The position numbers and the translations under genes are program-made. This document shows positions 11,236 to 22,766 of a stretch of DNA of 64,000 bases, one piece after another. How positions within the stretch are numbered: the first letter of the stretch is position 1; every line of letters starts with the position of its first letter. Origin of the DNA: Podarcis vaucheri (Eukaryota); the NCBI GenBank assembly GCA_965113315.1, contig OZ220372.1. One strand, 5' to 3'. The notes under the pieces are model-generated. The model had not been told where the DNA came from. It searched no databases and saw only the letters and a list, made by a program, of their open reading frames with translations.

Positions 11236-11355
11236 GATTCCATGTGCTGCTGATATAGTAGATTCAAATTCAGTTGATTCTGACAAGATGCTCTGAGAAG
11301 ACAATTCAGTGATGTCTACTCCAGATTAGGATACAGTCCTCAGCATTTACCCATA

Positions 11356-11581
11356 CAGTGGTACCTCAGGTTCCATACGCTTCAGGTTACAGACTCCGCT
11401 AACCCAGAAATAGTGCTTCAGGTTAAGAACTTTGCTTCAGCATGAGAACAGAAATCGTGCTCCGGTGGTATGGCAGCAGCAGGAGGCCCCATTAGCTAAA
11501 GTGGTGCTTCAGGTTAATAACAGTTTCAGGTTAAGTACGGACCTCCAGAACGAATTAAGTACTTAACCTGAGGTACCACTG
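11356..11581 (+). mobile_element. MITE family A, copy 2
   Basis: TA-CAGTGGTACCTCAGG...CCTGAGGTACCACTG-TA. Confidence 0.88.
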
Positions 11582-12804
11582 TACTGTATATTATCCATTT
11601 GATTTCAGTGAATTTATAGATCTATGTGTTTGTGACTAAGCAGATTCACTAGAACCTCCAAGTGCTTAACCAAAGAAGAGGCTTTCTGTTAAATCTGATA
11701 TTTTTTAGCTTAATCCCAAATTTTTAAAAACTCTACAATAAAATGTAGAGTTCATCAGTGAAGAAATAATATTGATTTCTCCTTGTTTCAATTTTTTTAT
11801 TTTATTTTTTACAAAGAGAGAGAGAGAGAGCGTGCAGCACAGTAGTAAAAATCAAGTAAGCAGCAAAGTGGTACTCAACCACATTTAGGGTTTTCCTTTC
11901 CCCGTTTTTCTTTCCAGTAATGTCTCAGAAATCACCCTTTTCCCACTCACAGGCTCTGGGGTAATGCTTCGAACCACAATTACACACTGAGTTTCCCTAG
12001 GTGACTAGTAAGTCAGAGTGGTTTGATATTCTCAAGCGACTGACCCATATAAAACACAGAGGATTCGAAGCAGAGGAATAGCATGTGCACCAGAAGCCAC
12101 AAACACTTCCTCTTTGATTTCAACCTTCTGTCGTCATGTAGACTAATCTTTGATTTCATCCTCCTAGGACTTGCACAGACAAGTCTGTGCTTAACAACTT
12201 GCAGTGCTCTCTTTTTTCTAAAAAAATGTTTAGGGGTGCTCTCATTTTGACTCAAGGAAATCACCATTTTATAGTTCAAATAAATACAGTAAATGGACAA
12301 AAGTACAAAGATTCACAAAATGTTAGGGGTATGTGTATTCCTGCATCCCCCCAGGGGGAAAAAGGCACTGACAACTTGATTTGTGTTTTTAGTTGTTACC
12401 TGGTTATAGTAGCATGAATTTGACACATTTTAAATTCTTGGATGAGATTTCCCAAAAGTAAGCCCGCAACGTACGCAGGGGTTACTTTCCAGAAATCACA
12501 CCTGAAGGCAAAATCACGTACTGTATAATCTAAACACACTGGGTGCAATTGCAAGTGGGATTACCAAAGTCTTTATTTCCTGGACACCTGCCCCCCCCCT
12601 TTTTGTTTTTTTTTAAAGCCAAGCACTTTAAAGATGAATGCACACAACTGAAATGTGTCTAAGTTGCAGGCTTCCTGTATTCACAAACTATAGACAAAAT
12701 ACAGGTAATCAGATGCATTACCAATATTTGAGCACCTCCATGTTCAAAGCGCTGCAGTAGGCCATCTCCCACTACTGCTATAGCTAAACAGAGTTGCAAC
12801 ATTT

Positions 12805-13477
12805 TTATTATTTTTGAAAAAAATATTTATGATCTTCAGGTTTATACATTTCAGTAATTTTACAGTTATTTTAACATTTCAAATCTTGACTTCCTTACCC
12901 CTTTTCCTGTGGCTCCTTAAATTTATTCTTAATATCTTCTGCATATACAAATTAACTTTATTTGCTCAATTATTCATCTACTTTAAATATATACGCTTAT
13001 GAAACTGCAGCTAATTACAACAATCCTAATATTTATCAGTATACATTCAATAAGCCATTTCCATTCTTTTATATATAAAGAAATTGTTATCTTGATTTTC
13101 TATTTTTCCAGAAAGTTTTGCCATTTCTGCATATTCCATGAGTTTTTGTGTCCATTCTACCTTTGCTGGGACTTCTACTTTTTTCCATTTTGGGGCAAGT
13201 AACATTCTTGTCACTGTAGTAGCATACTTGACTAAGTTTCTATACAGTTTAAGTAGTTCTGTCGCTATAATTCCCAAAAGAAAAGCTTCTGGGTTGTTGT
13301 TTTTTACAAACGTTTTCCATTCATTATATATCATTTCCTAGTAAGCTTTAACCTTACTACAAGACCTTACTACATATGATAAAAAGAACCTTCTTTCTCT
13401 TTACATTTCCAACACTGACTTGATTTAGATTTATACATTTTTGCCAATTTACTCGGTGTTAGATACCATTGATAGAG
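12805..13477 (-). mobile_element. L1-clade LINE 3' fragment
   Basis: PEAFLLGI...YATTVTRMLLAPKWK...WTQKLMEYA, related to the 9.6 kb copy; A-rich tail; TSD AGAGTTGCAACATTT. Confidence 0.8.
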
Positions 13478-13999
13478 AGAGTTGCAACATTTCGACAGCA
13501 GCTAGACTGCACACACTTACTTGAAAGCAAGTCTAATTGGATCCCGTGAGATTTACTTATGAGTAGATATGCAGTGCATTGTTAGTTAATGCATTCTATT
13601 AATTGATGAAAATATGTTTGATAGATCAAAACGATGCACCTGATGAATTAGGCAGCAAAATTTCAGAATACTTTTTTAAAAAATTTAAAACAAACCCTTC
13701 AGAAAATCATGGGTGGTGGGTGACAACTTAGAAAAGATATTCCCCCCGATTGAGGTGGAAATGAATGTCAGAGTCCAATCCTAAGACTGGCCACCACCCA
13801 GTGGGGATTGACAGAGCACCAGCAACACACCCATAGAGCTGTAGCCCAGGGCGGAAGGTGAGGAGCACAATTATGAGGCCCACATTGAGCCATATGGCAC
13901 CACGCTGGACTCTGTCACTCTTATTCTGCACCCACAGTGCTTGCCACTGGCTGCCTCTGCAAATGGAGGAAACAGGGCTCAGTAGTGGGACACCTCTAC

Positions 14000-14348
14000 C
14001 CAGTGTACCTGAAGGAGCGTCTCCACCCCCATCGTTCTACCCGGACACTGAGGTCCAGTTCCGAGGGCCTTCTGGCGGTTCCCTCACTGCGAGAAGTGAG
14101 ATTACAGGGAACCAGGCAGAGGGCCTTCTCGGTAGTGGCGTCTGCCCTGTGGAACGCCCTCCCACCAGATGTCAAAGAGAACAACAACTACCTGACTTTT
14201 AGAAGACATCTGAAGGCAGCCCTGTTTAGAGAAGTTTTAAATGTGTGATGTTTTATCGTGTTTTTAATAATCTGTTGGGAGCCCAGAGTAGCTGGGGAAA
14301 TCCAGTTGGATGGGGAGTAGATATAAATAATAAATTATTATTATTATT
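14000..14348 (+). mobile_element. L2-type LINE 3' end
   Basis: RAFSVVASALWNALP...FRRHLKAALF is an L2-like ORF2 C-terminus; (TTA) tail. Confidence 0.78.
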
Positions 14349-15887
14349 TCTATTACCCAATCCACCAGTGCAAATGGGTTTTAGGTTGCTCTGTAAGATA
14401 TAAAATATCCTGTCATTTATTCCCAGAGAGGTAGACACTCCCATTCACCCACCTGGGAGCTTCTTCTCCCCATCTCTCACCCTGGGAGACCCTTTCTACC
14501 CTGCCTTTCATGCAGTGACTGCCCCCCCTCCGACTGTCTCCTTCCTGTTTGTGTCCTCCTCGGCCCAAGGTTAAGGACTTCTCCCACCCACCCCAAGTTT
14601 TTATATATGTTTCCAATACAAAATAGTAAACATACACAGAGAAAACAAGAGAAAGAGAAAATAGAGAAAGAAAACAAACAGAACACTGGTTAAGAAGATA
14701 AAAGGCAGTGGAAAAACAAATAACACAAAGAAATAACACTGTTTTCTTTGAAATGTTCATTTACTCGCACACAAATATGTAATCAATTTGATCATTCGTC
14801 AGTAAAAACTAAAATTTGTTTAATCAGATGACAGTCATAGGACTAAGATACTTGGATGCTGGTATGTTGATTTCTTCTTCTGCACAATATTTCATTTATT
14901 ATTATTATTATTATTTGCCATCAGTCCTGGGCACTGAAATGTCATGCATTCACCCTGCTTGCATGATCAGCCAGGAGCAAAGGCTTCCAAGTCCAGGTGT
15001 GCCAAATGCAGAAGCTCAATACAGCAGGATATTGACTTCCCTTTGCCACAGAGCACATGCCCAAAATATGCTCCTGGCTAAGGCCTAGTTGAGGAGTGCA
15101 GGTCAATATGAACATATAATAAATCAAGTATAATGGCTGCTGGGCTCTGGGAAGGGACTTCTTCTTTGCCCAGGGCAGCAGATCAAACCTAGGCAGCAGC
15201 TTCTTCCATAGTTCTGAGTACAAGGGAAGTGGCGCTGGCTTCCCTTAGCCCTGCACAAAACATGCACTCCTTTGCAAACCGCAGCAGCACTCCTAGGCAG
15301 CAGGCTTTTTCAGTTTCAGCCACAAGGGAGGCATTGCTGCTCAGCTGGTCTCACTCAGTATGAGACCAAAAAAATCATAACTTATAGGGATGTACAGGGT
15401 GGATTTGTATGCAAGACCACATTCACACTATGCATTTAAAGCACTACGATGGCAATTTAAGCAGTGATGTCTTTCTCCAAAGAATTCTGGGAGCTGTTGT
15501 TTGTTGAAGGTGCTGAGAGTTGTTGGTAGACACACACACACCCCAATTCTGTGAAGGAAGATGGACTGTGGGTTGCTGTATTTTGAAGAGAGAGAGAAAG
15601 AGGATGCCATGACAGCCATTCAAAGCAAATAAATGCGATTTGTCTCAAATTTTCTACCTGAAGAAGAGGACATGTCCTGGAAAAGAGGCAAACCAGTTTA
15701 AACCAATCTCTGACAGGCACACTGCCAGCATGCTGGTGTCCTCAACGTATAATGTAAGTGGAAGCAAACAGTAGTACCCTCATACAGGCAGAAGAAACCT
15801 TGTACCCACAAAGGCCCTCTAACCATCTGCTAATTCACAACACTCCCCCCTCCACTTCTTCCATCTGTTCCTAATTGCTCCTTCTGC

Positions 15888-15926
<39 letters not shown>

Positions 15927-16020
15927 ACACCACCCTCTCCTTATCCATGTGCAGGTATAAGTTGTTAGCTTTTACAAGTTCTGTGGGCTTCTCCATAATC
16001 CATTCAATACCCAGAAATTG

Positions 16021-16370
16021 GGGACGCGGGTGGCGCTGTGGGTTAAACCACAGAGCCTAGGACTTGCCGATCAAAACGCCGGCGGTTCGAATCCCCGCGA
16101 TGGGGTGAGCTCCCGTTGCTCGGTCCCTGCTCCTGCCAACCTAGCAGCTCAAAAGCACGTCAAAGTGCAAGTAGATAAATAGGTACCGCTCCAGCAGGAA
16201 GGTAAACGCCGTTTCCGTGCGCTGCTCTGGTTCGCCAGAAGCGGCTTAGTCATGCTGGCCACATGACCTGGAAGCTGTATGCCAGCTCCCTCGGCCAATA
16301 AAGCGAGATGAGCGCCGCAACCCCAGAGTCGGCCACGACTGGACCTAATGGTCAGGGGTCCCTTTACCTT
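16021..16370 (+). mobile_element. Sauria SINE, full length
   Basis: GGGACGCGGGTGGCGCTGTGG head with tRNA-like B box GGTTCGAATCC, (ACCTTT) tail, TSD TACCCAGAAATTG at 16008-16020 and 16371-16383. Confidence 0.92.
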
Positions 16371-16758
16371 TACCCAGAAATTGCCGGTTTTCTTCCTATC
16401 AGAAACTGCTGGGGCTGGAAGTTGGAACCTATCTCTGCATGTTGAGCTATCAGAACTGCTGGCTAGAGCATCGTCCTGGCAGTGAAACAGTCTCATTCCC
16501 CACCCAGACTGGAAATTACAAAAGCCCTTTCCTGCCTTGGAAGGCCGCAGTGTGGGGAAACCGGTCACACTGCCCAATTCCGCCTCTGCTTAGTGTCTTT
16601 CTAGAGCCCAGGTTTCTGCTCAGCTGGGGGTCTCTTGCCCTCCTTCTTCCTTGGAAAGGGACCCCCCCCCCCCGCTACTCCTGCCTCCCTCCTTTATTCC
16701 CTTCTCCCAGTACACAGGGAGAAGCTTCCCCATGGGAACAAAGAATCAGAATGTAATA

Positions 16759-17258
16759 ACTGGCAGAAATGACTGGCAGAATCCGAGATTTGGGAGATGA
16801 AACAACGGAAGAGGACTGGAAAAAGTTTAAGGACTATTTACAAAAACAATATAAGTTGTATGAATGTTAAGAATTTACACGATTTGGTAACTTTAGCTCC
16901 AGCAATTAGATTTTGTGAAATAGGAAATCAAGCTATAAGTAAGAAAAGGTCGAAATTTAAAGTAATATTATGTTTAATTTAAGGCATAAATATTTGATAA
17001 AAAAGTACTTTAAATCCAGAAGTACAACATCTGAAAAGCATAAAATAAGGTATGAAATAAGGTAATAATTTGCTGATATTTTTATTATAAAGAATGCAGG
17101 GTTAGGGAGATGTGAGGAAGTCCAGTTAGTTATATAAAAAATGTTTTGAATGGTTGGGTTTTTTCTTGTTTTCTTCTTCTTCTTTTTTCTTTTTTAAATC
17201 TCTGTGTATATTTCTAACTTTGTATTTGAAAATTTAATAAAATATTTTTTAAAAAAAA
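16759..17258 (+). mobile_element. L1-clade LINE 3' end / 3'UTR
   Basis: AATAAA and poly(A) tail; 19-bp TSD AAAGAATCAGAATGTAATA. Confidence 0.75.
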
Positions 17259-18123
17259 AAAGAATCAGAATGTAATAGGATTTTGTGTATTTGATATCCT
17301 TCCACTTTGTTGTGGGAATGAGCCATAGTTCAAGGTAAAGGAAGTGCTAAGTAGTGCTACAAAAAAAAACCTCCCATCTGAAACTCTGGGAAGTCACTGC
17401 CAATCAGTATAGACCAGATGACAGACATGGTGCCTCTAGAAGTTGGTCTCAAACCTCCCAGCACTCTGACCCAGAATGACCAATGGTCATAGATGATGGG
17501 AGTTGTAGCCCAACATGTGGAGAATATTACATCAGCTGTCCCGGTTCAGACAATGCCAAGGTAGATGACCAATGGATAATCTGTGACACGTTTAGAAACC
17601 TGTAAAAATCAATTTTCATGTAGAAGCAAGTACCAATGGGAAGAAGAGAGTAAATGTTAATATTGGAAGTGTTCTCATTTTTACCGGGGTGATTCATGGA
17701 CCACATTGCTGCAGTGGTCATATCAAAGTCTATTCTATACTTCATGCAATGCATTTCATTTATGACAATCAAGCAGATTTCATGTTGTTGTACCATGCCA
17801 TTTAATGACCTACTTATTCAACTATTGAGAAAAGCCACTTCAGTTGTAGCGACATTTCTGTACTTCCTGCTTTATTTTGGCATCTTATTCACTGAACTTG
17901 GTCCACATAATGAAGCTGAACACACAGTAGCACACAACAAAACAAAGCAAGTTAAAATTCAGAGATCTTGTCCTCTTGGGTGGTATAAATCTGTGAAGAA
18001 AGGGGCTTCGTTGTTTGGAGGCAGTGAAGCCAAGTCCCCAAAAGACAAAGGTGTTGTGTGCTATTTATTCAAATGTATTTAATCACCCAATAATTGGAAA
18101 AAGTCACTTAAATGAACCAAGAC

Positions 18124-18157
<34 letters not shown>

Positions 18158-18617
18158 ATCTGTTAGGAAGAAACACTCTATATAGCCTGTTTTACGAGAG
18201 TCTTTTAATTTCAAATGCTTCTATATACAGGTGGGCAATCTCTAGGGCACTACAGTAGCCTCTGTGGATACTCCTTTCAAGAAAGAGAAATAGTTCTTCC
18301 ATAATGGAATCTCTGCAAAGATAAAGTGAAACATTTGGATAGATTCCAATTTTCTTATTTTCCCAAGGAAGTGGTTTCATGTGCATAGTGTCAGGGCTGG
18401 AGTCCTGCAATAAAGGAAGCAGCTCTCCGTTGTTAGCAAAGTTAACTCTTTATTCAAGAAAACAAGCATACAACTCAGCCTAGTGGTGTCAGCAGCTCTT
18501 CCTGGTAGGTCTTGCCCAGTTGCAAGGCGGAAGATCCCAGCCTAAGGCTCTTCCTCTCCCAGATGTTTCCCAAGCAGTCTCAAACTGCTTTTTATGTGCA
18601 GTAATGTGCTAACTCAG

Positions 18618-18714
18618 TTGTTGTTGTTGTTTAGTCGTTTAGTCGTGTGCGACTCTTCGTGACCCCATGGATCAGAGCACGCCAGGCACTCCGGTCTTCT
18701 GTCTTCCGACAGGA
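18618..18714 (-). mobile_element. Very short BovB 3' end insertion
   Basis: Same 3' sequence as the 32659 copy; TSD GTGCTAACTCAG at 18606-18617 and 18715-18726. Confidence 0.85.
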
Positions 18715-18933
18715 GTGCTAACTCAGAGGCCCCAGTAATAAGTTTTCACTCTAGTAAAATTTGAAACCTATTCTAAATCATAGTTGCAACATCCCTTATG
18801 GCAACCCCAAAGCTCCGCACCCAGTGTGACCAAACCAGTCACACTCCCCTAAATCTGCCTCTACTATTGGCCCTGGCTATAGAGTTCTAGGTTCCTCTTG
18901 ATAATACTATATACATGGATGTATAAATGTGCT

Positions 18934-19692
18934 TGTGAGTCGAGGACCCTAACCCACGTAGTGGAGAAAAAATGGACACAGACACAAGTATTTTAGGTTA
19001 ATGGGCTGAAAAAGGCTACATCTTTTATTGGTTACAGCATGTGAGCGGTATTGGCTTAGGCATTGGATCAAACAACCTATATCCGACCCCACCTGCGCAG
19101 GGGGTCATTTGAAGGTTAACAACCAGTGGGAGGAGCTTGTTGATGCAAATACAACTGGAATCTTCCCCTGATGTCACCGGGGGTCGTGCCATGGCCCTAG
19201 CCACCAGCAGGGCATCGAACAGGATCCATGACCGCCAGATTCCTTTAACGGAATACCCAAAATGGGGCGGGATAGGAGATGGCCACACCCCGCCCACCAA
19301 CACACAACACATATTCCAATGCCTAACTGCCAAAACCGGAAAAGTTGTGCCAAATTGCTACGAGGTAACTGAAAAACCAAGAGGCTGGTGCCAACTTAGC
19401 CAAATGGACAAAAACTCCTAGCAGGCCCCCTGGGCAACCAGGGTGACCAACCAAGGTCCATAGCATGGTCAAGAGCACAAACCTAGCCTAAAGGGTGGGC
19501 GGGCGGGTGATCCGACATCTTCCAGGAAGCAGAATGAGGCGCGGAGGCTACCGCGGCCACTTAAATGTGGCTAAACCCCGCCCCCAGGCCAACCCTATTG
19601 GCTGGCCCACTGCAGGGAGGGGCAGCAGCTGGGGAGATGATGCAGGGGGCCAAACACCCCCCCTGCTGACGGGGGAACGTTTCCCGCTCACA
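18934..19692 (-). mobile_element. LTR with adjacent polypurine tract (3' LTR remnant)
   Basis: Terminal inverted TGTGAG...CTCACA; purine tract AGAGGGGAGG just upstream on the minus strand; minus-strand AATAAA near 19024; CpG-rich. Confidence 0.65.
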
Positions 19693-22650
19693 ACACCTCC
19701 CCTCTGGGAAGAGGAGAGGCTTGGCCACAACCAAGCATTTTTCGTTTTGTTTGATACTCTCCAACATTCCTCAGAAGGACATTATACAAACATCTCTATA
19801 TCTCAGTGAAAGGTGTGGAAGAAATCCCCCCATTCTTTTTCCAAGCCAGGGTCATGGTGGATGGGAATCAGACTCAATATGAACTATAAGATTGCTGTTT
19901 TGTAAACCTTTCCATTCTTCAGTGTTTGCTGTGTCCTCATCCTTAGCTCAAAGGAAGAGGTCAGCATGAATCACACATTTGAGCAGGTGATCAGGGATGG
20001 GCTAAATTTGCCTCCTCCCAAAACTGAGTTTGGGTCCTGGCCAAATATCAGCAACTTTAGTTAACCAGATTCATCACACACACCCCTGTTATTTATTTCT
20101 TTTTAAACGATCATTTGGCACTAGTTTCAAAGACTAGATTAATGGTTTCAGCAGTTTGATTTCTGTTTAATTGAACATATTTTAAACAATAATTTTTATA
20201 TGTTCGGTGAGTCTTTTCTGAATTACAATCAGGGATTAAATAATTGCAAATTCCTGTATGAAATTGCCTGATTCACATCTTGACAAATGTGCAGATAAGA
20301 ATTTAGATAACCACTGGATTTTGTACTCTTTGAATTTGTAAAAAGTTATCAGTCATTTAAAAGTCTCGAAATATGCATGTAAGTAGCGGCAGCAAGACAT
20401 GAACACCTACAGTCAATTAAAAGTTGATTTTGTTCCAGAAAAAACATGCCACTTGTCCGGAGCTCTCTGCCCCCATGACTTATGGCTACCCTGATGATGA
20501 CTCAACTAAATCCTCAACGTTGTTCCTCTTCCTCCGGAAACAACACATGAAAACGTATCTCTGCCGTCACTTCTGTGATGTAAATTTCCCCTTTTCTTGT
20601 ACCCTTCCCCTCCTGCATTCTTGCACACTGAGAGGCTTGGAAACTGGCTCAGACAAGCTATTGTCTGATAACTCCTGTGTTTCTCTGGGCTATGAAGTCC
20701 CCCCTGTACTTCCCTCTGGTCATCCCCTAACAATTCTCCCTTCATGCCCTGGGCTGCTGTCCAAGTCTGGCAGCTGCTGTTGCTCACTTGCTGGCTCCAG
20801 CCTGACAATGTAGCTATTTTTAGAGAAAATACTAATTTGAATATTATGGCATGGATTTTGAGAGGTACCTTTCACAATTAGTGTGGAAATAAAACAGAAT
20901 TATGGGTAAAAGCATGCAAAAGTGAAATCTCCAGTTATAACAGGGTTATTTCTAATTAAGGATCTGACGTACACAAATATACAACTTAATTTTTATTTTA
21001 AAACACATAAAAAGCGATTTTTTAATCATAAAAATCTAACATTAAAAAATAATAATGAAAGTTCCATCACTTCTTTATAAACAGTGCTGTTGAATGTTAA
21101 AATGCTGTGGGCTAATCTGGGAAAGAATAAACCCATTTTAGCTTTAAAAATCTTTCTACGATGCTAATAATTCTGAAACAGCACAGCAAGACAGCATTGC
21201 ATTGTCATCAAGTTCAGTTCTTTCCAATTCCCTGAGTCTTGAGAAGAATCCGCTGTGGTGATCTAAATACAACATTTAAAACTCAATATGGCTAACAGTG
21301 ATCACGTGTACAAACCTGAAAATTATCATGACAGAGAAACACAACTGTGATTTAAATACAACTAGGGCCAAACTAGGCATTATTCTATTCACACAATTAG
21401 CAATGCTATGAATCATTTTAAAAAGTAAGTTGCAGGTGTGGGAGCCCCGATCCGGACTGGGACATTGGTTTGGGGCAGCACAGCTTTAACTCTTTGTCCC
21501 CAATGACAGTCCCAATCCACGTGAGAGGACTGTTTAAAATTTACTTTCAAAGAACCACTAGTTGAATGGGTGGCAACAAGTCTTTGTCTGGCTCATAGAC
21601 TGCCAATAACCTTTCCTTCTGTGAAATGTTGAAGAACGCTTCGGTTCAGATACTGCTCATGGGCTTCATTACCTGGAGTATTATGGACTGAGATTTAGTT
21701 ACGTCTTTATGATAAAACTGCTAACAGGTGAAGGGGAGTGACACTGGAATGTATATTGAGGACAGAACCAAAGTAACAGGATGCTGTGGTGTTGGGTCAT
21801 GAGAGTAACTTTTGTGGTTGTCTCTTACTTGGTACTCTCATAATGAAAACTGACTCAGGTTGGTATTGCCAAGGCAGCCACAGAAGCTACATTGATTCCT
21901 GCTGGAACCTGCACAGACATGACCAAGTCAAAAATTATGTTAGGTCCATAATAGCTTTGGGTAAATGCCAAGACTGCATTGGAGCATAAAGATCAGTGCT
22001 GATGAATCTGACATGAGGAATCTGAATTATTTATATGAATATGCTGGGTGGGATTAAAGGATTTTGGGGCTCAGTGAGTGCCAGAAGAGATGAAGAAATG
22101 CTGAGGTCAGGAATCAATGAAGGTTGCTGGCAACCTACACCTGGGTTCATCCTTCATGTTATTTACTCTTACTTCACTGGGAATACTTGACAATCTCCTC
22201 TTTGTGATGGATGATGAAGATGAACACATTGTAGCATGGCAACACTTCTCTGCTATAATGCCATTTGAACAAGACTGACACTGCTCTAGCTAAAAACATT
22301 TGTGACCAAATGAGGTAGAGCTCAAATCTAAGACAGGTTGTGCATTCCCAGAACCCATGCCAGTAGGAGCTTTGCCTGTGACCTCTAGATGTTTCTGGAC
22401 TCTAAGCTCTCTTCAGTCCCAGCCAGTGCGGCCAATGACCAGAGTGGAGCTGTCATGCAAAAACTCCCAAAGGATCACAGGTCATCTATCCCTGTCCCAT
22501 CCAAGATAAAGGGATGTGAATAGCCAGCATTTCCTATATGGGACCCTTTTACCAAAGTGGTAAGTGCAAACAACCAGAATTCAGCCTCAAATAATTTCCG
22601 CAAATTGGTATTAAAATACCAAAACAATTCAGGAGTATAGCTGAACACAA

Positions 22651-22766
22651 TCACATTTTGCCCCAGAAGTTCTCCTTTCTTCTCTGTGCTCGTTCTAGAA
22701 CCTGAGATGCCAGTGAACTAGAAGCAGCAGATCGAGCAGATAGCTGGGACAATCGGTCATCATCAT
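22651..22766 (-). CDS. MDM1: MDM1 coding exon 15 (last)
   Basis: DDDRLSQLSARSAASSSLASQVLERAQRRKENFWGKM then TGA. Confidence 0.93.

Noticed and set aside
16021-16100. tRNA gene suggested by A/B boxes (also at 28846 and 11085)
   Set aside because: These are tRNA-derived SINE heads followed by SINE bodies; the two Sauria copies also have tails and TSDs.
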